Assembly: GCA_964658025.1 (NCBI GenBank)
Contig: CAZZXB010000005.1
Span: 1-44,643, forward strand
DNA: 44,643 nt
Reading direction: 5' to 3'
Source of the DNA: an uncultured Janthinobacterium sp.
GTDB lineage: Bacteria; Vulcanimicrobiota; Vulcanimicrobiia; Vulcanimicrobiales; Vulcanimicrobiaceae
Positions within the stretch are counted from its first letter, which is position 1. Each line of letters opens with the position of its first letter. The translations under genes and the position numbers were made by a program. This document shows, one piece after another, positions 42,987-44,643 of the stretch. A model generated the notes under the pieces. It searched no databases. It was not told the origin of the DNA and saw only the letters and a program-made list of their open reading frames with translations.

Positions 42987-44643
42987 ATGGTAAAGCTTTC
43001 GTTCGTCCGGCAACGGCACGTCGCCGCGTCCCTCCTCATGGCGGGGACGTTCTTGGTCTCCGCATGCGGCGGCGGAGGCGGCGCCCCGTCGACGCCGGGT
43101 GCGACGCCGACGCCGATCTCGACGGCGACGGCGGTCCCCGCCGCGACGCCGACGCCGACGCCGGTACCCGCGAACGACGCGGCCTTCGTGTGTCCGTCGT
43201 CGGATACGCCGGCGTCGGTCGCGAGCCGCGCGTCGGGTGAAGCCCGGCTCATGCCGCGCCGCTACGCGCCGGCTTCCGCCACGCAGATGCGGACGGTCGC
43301 GGTCGCGTACGAACGATATGCCGTCGCGACGCAGATGGCGACGATCTCCTCGCGCGAACGCGTGCTCGGCGCTTCGCTCGTGCGTTCGACCGCACAGACG
43401 AACGGGACGACGACGCGCGTGCTCTCCGTCCCGGCGTCTCGCGCGACGGCACTCGTCGCCGCGCTCCGCACGTCGACGGGAGTCCGCTCCGTCGCGCTCC
43501 GCGGCGGTCGTAGTTATCCGATGACCGTGAGCGGTCCGTACTACACGAACGATCCGTACTTCACGGGCTTCCAAGTCACCGCGCCGCCGACGCCTACGGC
43601 GACCGCGCCGCCCGCGACGTACGAGCAGTTGCCCTACGCCGAATCGGCGAGCGTCCCCGGCCAGTGGGGCGACCACGCGATCCAACTCGAACACGCTTTC
43701 GAATACAGCCAGAGCAATAACGGCAGTTCGGTCGGAAACGCGAACGCGCTCGGATCGGCCGGTATCAAGATCGCGATCATCGACACGGGTGAGGACAAAA
43801 ACCATCCCGAGCTCGCGTCGAAAATCGTCCACGAGCAGTGCTTCATTACGAATCCCACGTCGGGCGTGCAGTCGAATTCGAGCTTCGCGCTCGATCCCGA
43901 CGGCCACGGGACCGACGTCTCGGGGATCGCGGCGGCAGCGAGCAATAACGGTTTCGGGTTCGTCGGCTCGGGTGGCAACGCGCAGATCTACGCGTATCGC
44001 GTCGATCCCACGCCCGATAACTCGTGCATCACGGCGACGGGCTCGAACATCCCCGCACAGTGCGGCGCGGACACGGAAGACATCGCCTCCGCGATCTACG
44101 ATGCGATCGCGAATCACGTCAACGTCATCAGCATGAGTCTCGGACAATCCGGTGGCAAATGCACCAACGGCGTCGATCCCGACTCGTACGAGGACGCCGC
44201 CGTGAAAGCCGCGATCGCCGCGAACATCATCGTCGTCGCGGCGTCGGGGAACGACTCGGCGAACAACGTCACGCCGCCGGCTTGCGACGCGAGCGTCATC
44301 GCGGCCGGAGCGACGGCGCTCTCGGACGGACAACCGACCGGTGGACAGAACACTTCGGGCACGGCCGCGAACCCGGTCGAGTACGTCGCGTCCTACTCCG
44401 ACTACGGGACGCCGGGTGCGTCGTTTCGCAACACCAGCGCGTGGGGCATCGTGGCGCCGGGCGGCGATCCGGTCGATCAAGACGCGGACTACCTGCATTG
44501 GATCGAAAACGTCTGGACGACGACGCCCGCGACGAGCATGTACGACGGCTCGTGCGGGACGGATTACTCGGGCGCGAACGGCGACTGCCGCATCCTGATC
44601 GCCGGAACCTCGATGTCGACGCCGCTCGTCGCGGGTGCGGCGG
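42987..44643 (+). CDS. Subtilisin-like S8 serine protease, probable lipoprotein (3' partial, runs off the window; absent from the supplied ORF track)
   Basis: Hand-translated with no stop from the ATG at 42987 to the window end. N-terminus 'MVKLSFVRQRHVAASLLMAGTFLVSAC' has a lipobox and is followed by a Pro/Thr/Ala linker. The catalytic triad contexts are 'IAIIDTGED', 'DGHGTDVSG' and 'IAGTSMSTPLVAGAA'. Confidence 0.88.
   Translation, partial: MVKLSFVRQRHVAASLLMAGTFLVSACGGGGGAPSTPGATPTPISTATAVPAATPTPTPVPANDAAFVCPSSDTPASVASRASGEARLMPRRYAPASATQMRTVAVAYERYAVATQMATISSRERVLGASLVRSTAQTNGTTTRVLSVPASRATALVAALRTSTGVRSVALRGGRSYPMTVSGPYYTNDPYFTGFQVTAPPTPTATAPPATYEQLPYAESASVPGQWGDHAIQLEHAFEYSQSNNGSSVGNANALGSAGIKIAIIDTGEDKNHPELASKIVHEQCFITNPTSGVQSNSSFALDPDGHGTDVSGIAAAASNNGFGFVGSGGNAQIYAYRVDPTPDNSCITATGSNIPAQCGADTEDIASAIYDAIANHVNVISMSLGQSGGKCTNGVDPDSYEDAAVKAAIAANIIVVAASGNDSANNVTPPACDASVIAAGATALSDGQPTGGQNTSGTAANPVEYVASYSDYGTPGASFRNTSAWGIVAPGGDPVDQDADYLHWIENVWTTTPATSMYDGSCGTDYSGANGDCRILIAGTSMSTPLVAGAA

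Overview
This is a 44.6 kb, gene-dense chromosomal segment from a high-GC bacterium (about two-thirds GC). The phylum cannot be assigned from sequence alone. I support about 38 protein-coding genes, and nearly all are core or envelope functions:
- Housekeeping: ftsK (5' partial), mnmA, rodZ-like, yajQ, rimO, secA, prfB, rlmN, glyQS, a family-4 UDG and alkA.
- Menaquinone: an mqnE-mqnA-mqnC futalosine-pathway cluster.
- Envelope and transport: an LCP protein, a polysaccharide deacetylase, four glycosyltransferases, an MFS transporter, and an adaptor plus two tandem RND permeases.
- Other: a GAF histidine kinase, small enzymes (DUF1348, cupin, VOC), an M28 peptidase and an S8 lipoprotein protease (3' partial).

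I found no rRNA, tRNA, CRISPR array, transposase or integrase. The many long antisense or alternate-frame ORFs in the track are high-GC artefacts.

I cannot support a clear novel multi-gene system such as a defence island. The observations most worth follow-up are:
1. The first RND permease carries an in-frame Ser/Thr/Gly/Ala-rich insertion of about 290 aa in its periplasmic headpiece. The adjacent paralog lacks it.
2. The operon has an MdtABC-like layout (one adaptor, two translationally coupled RND permeases) and no outer-membrane factor gene.
3. A single orphan gene sits in a low-GC islet (about 54% GC by hand count) between rlmN and a glycosyltransferase.
4. prfB has a textbook programmed +1 frameshift site, which splits the gene in the ORF track.
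5. The secA leader contains repeated GGAGGCGG motifs, a perfect 22-nt palindrome and a small basic upstream ORF that ends 2 nt before the secA ATG.

Gene starts are often GTG or TTG and frequently overlap the upstream stop (GTGA/ATGA). Several starts below are my re-calls, placed inside over-extended track ORFs.
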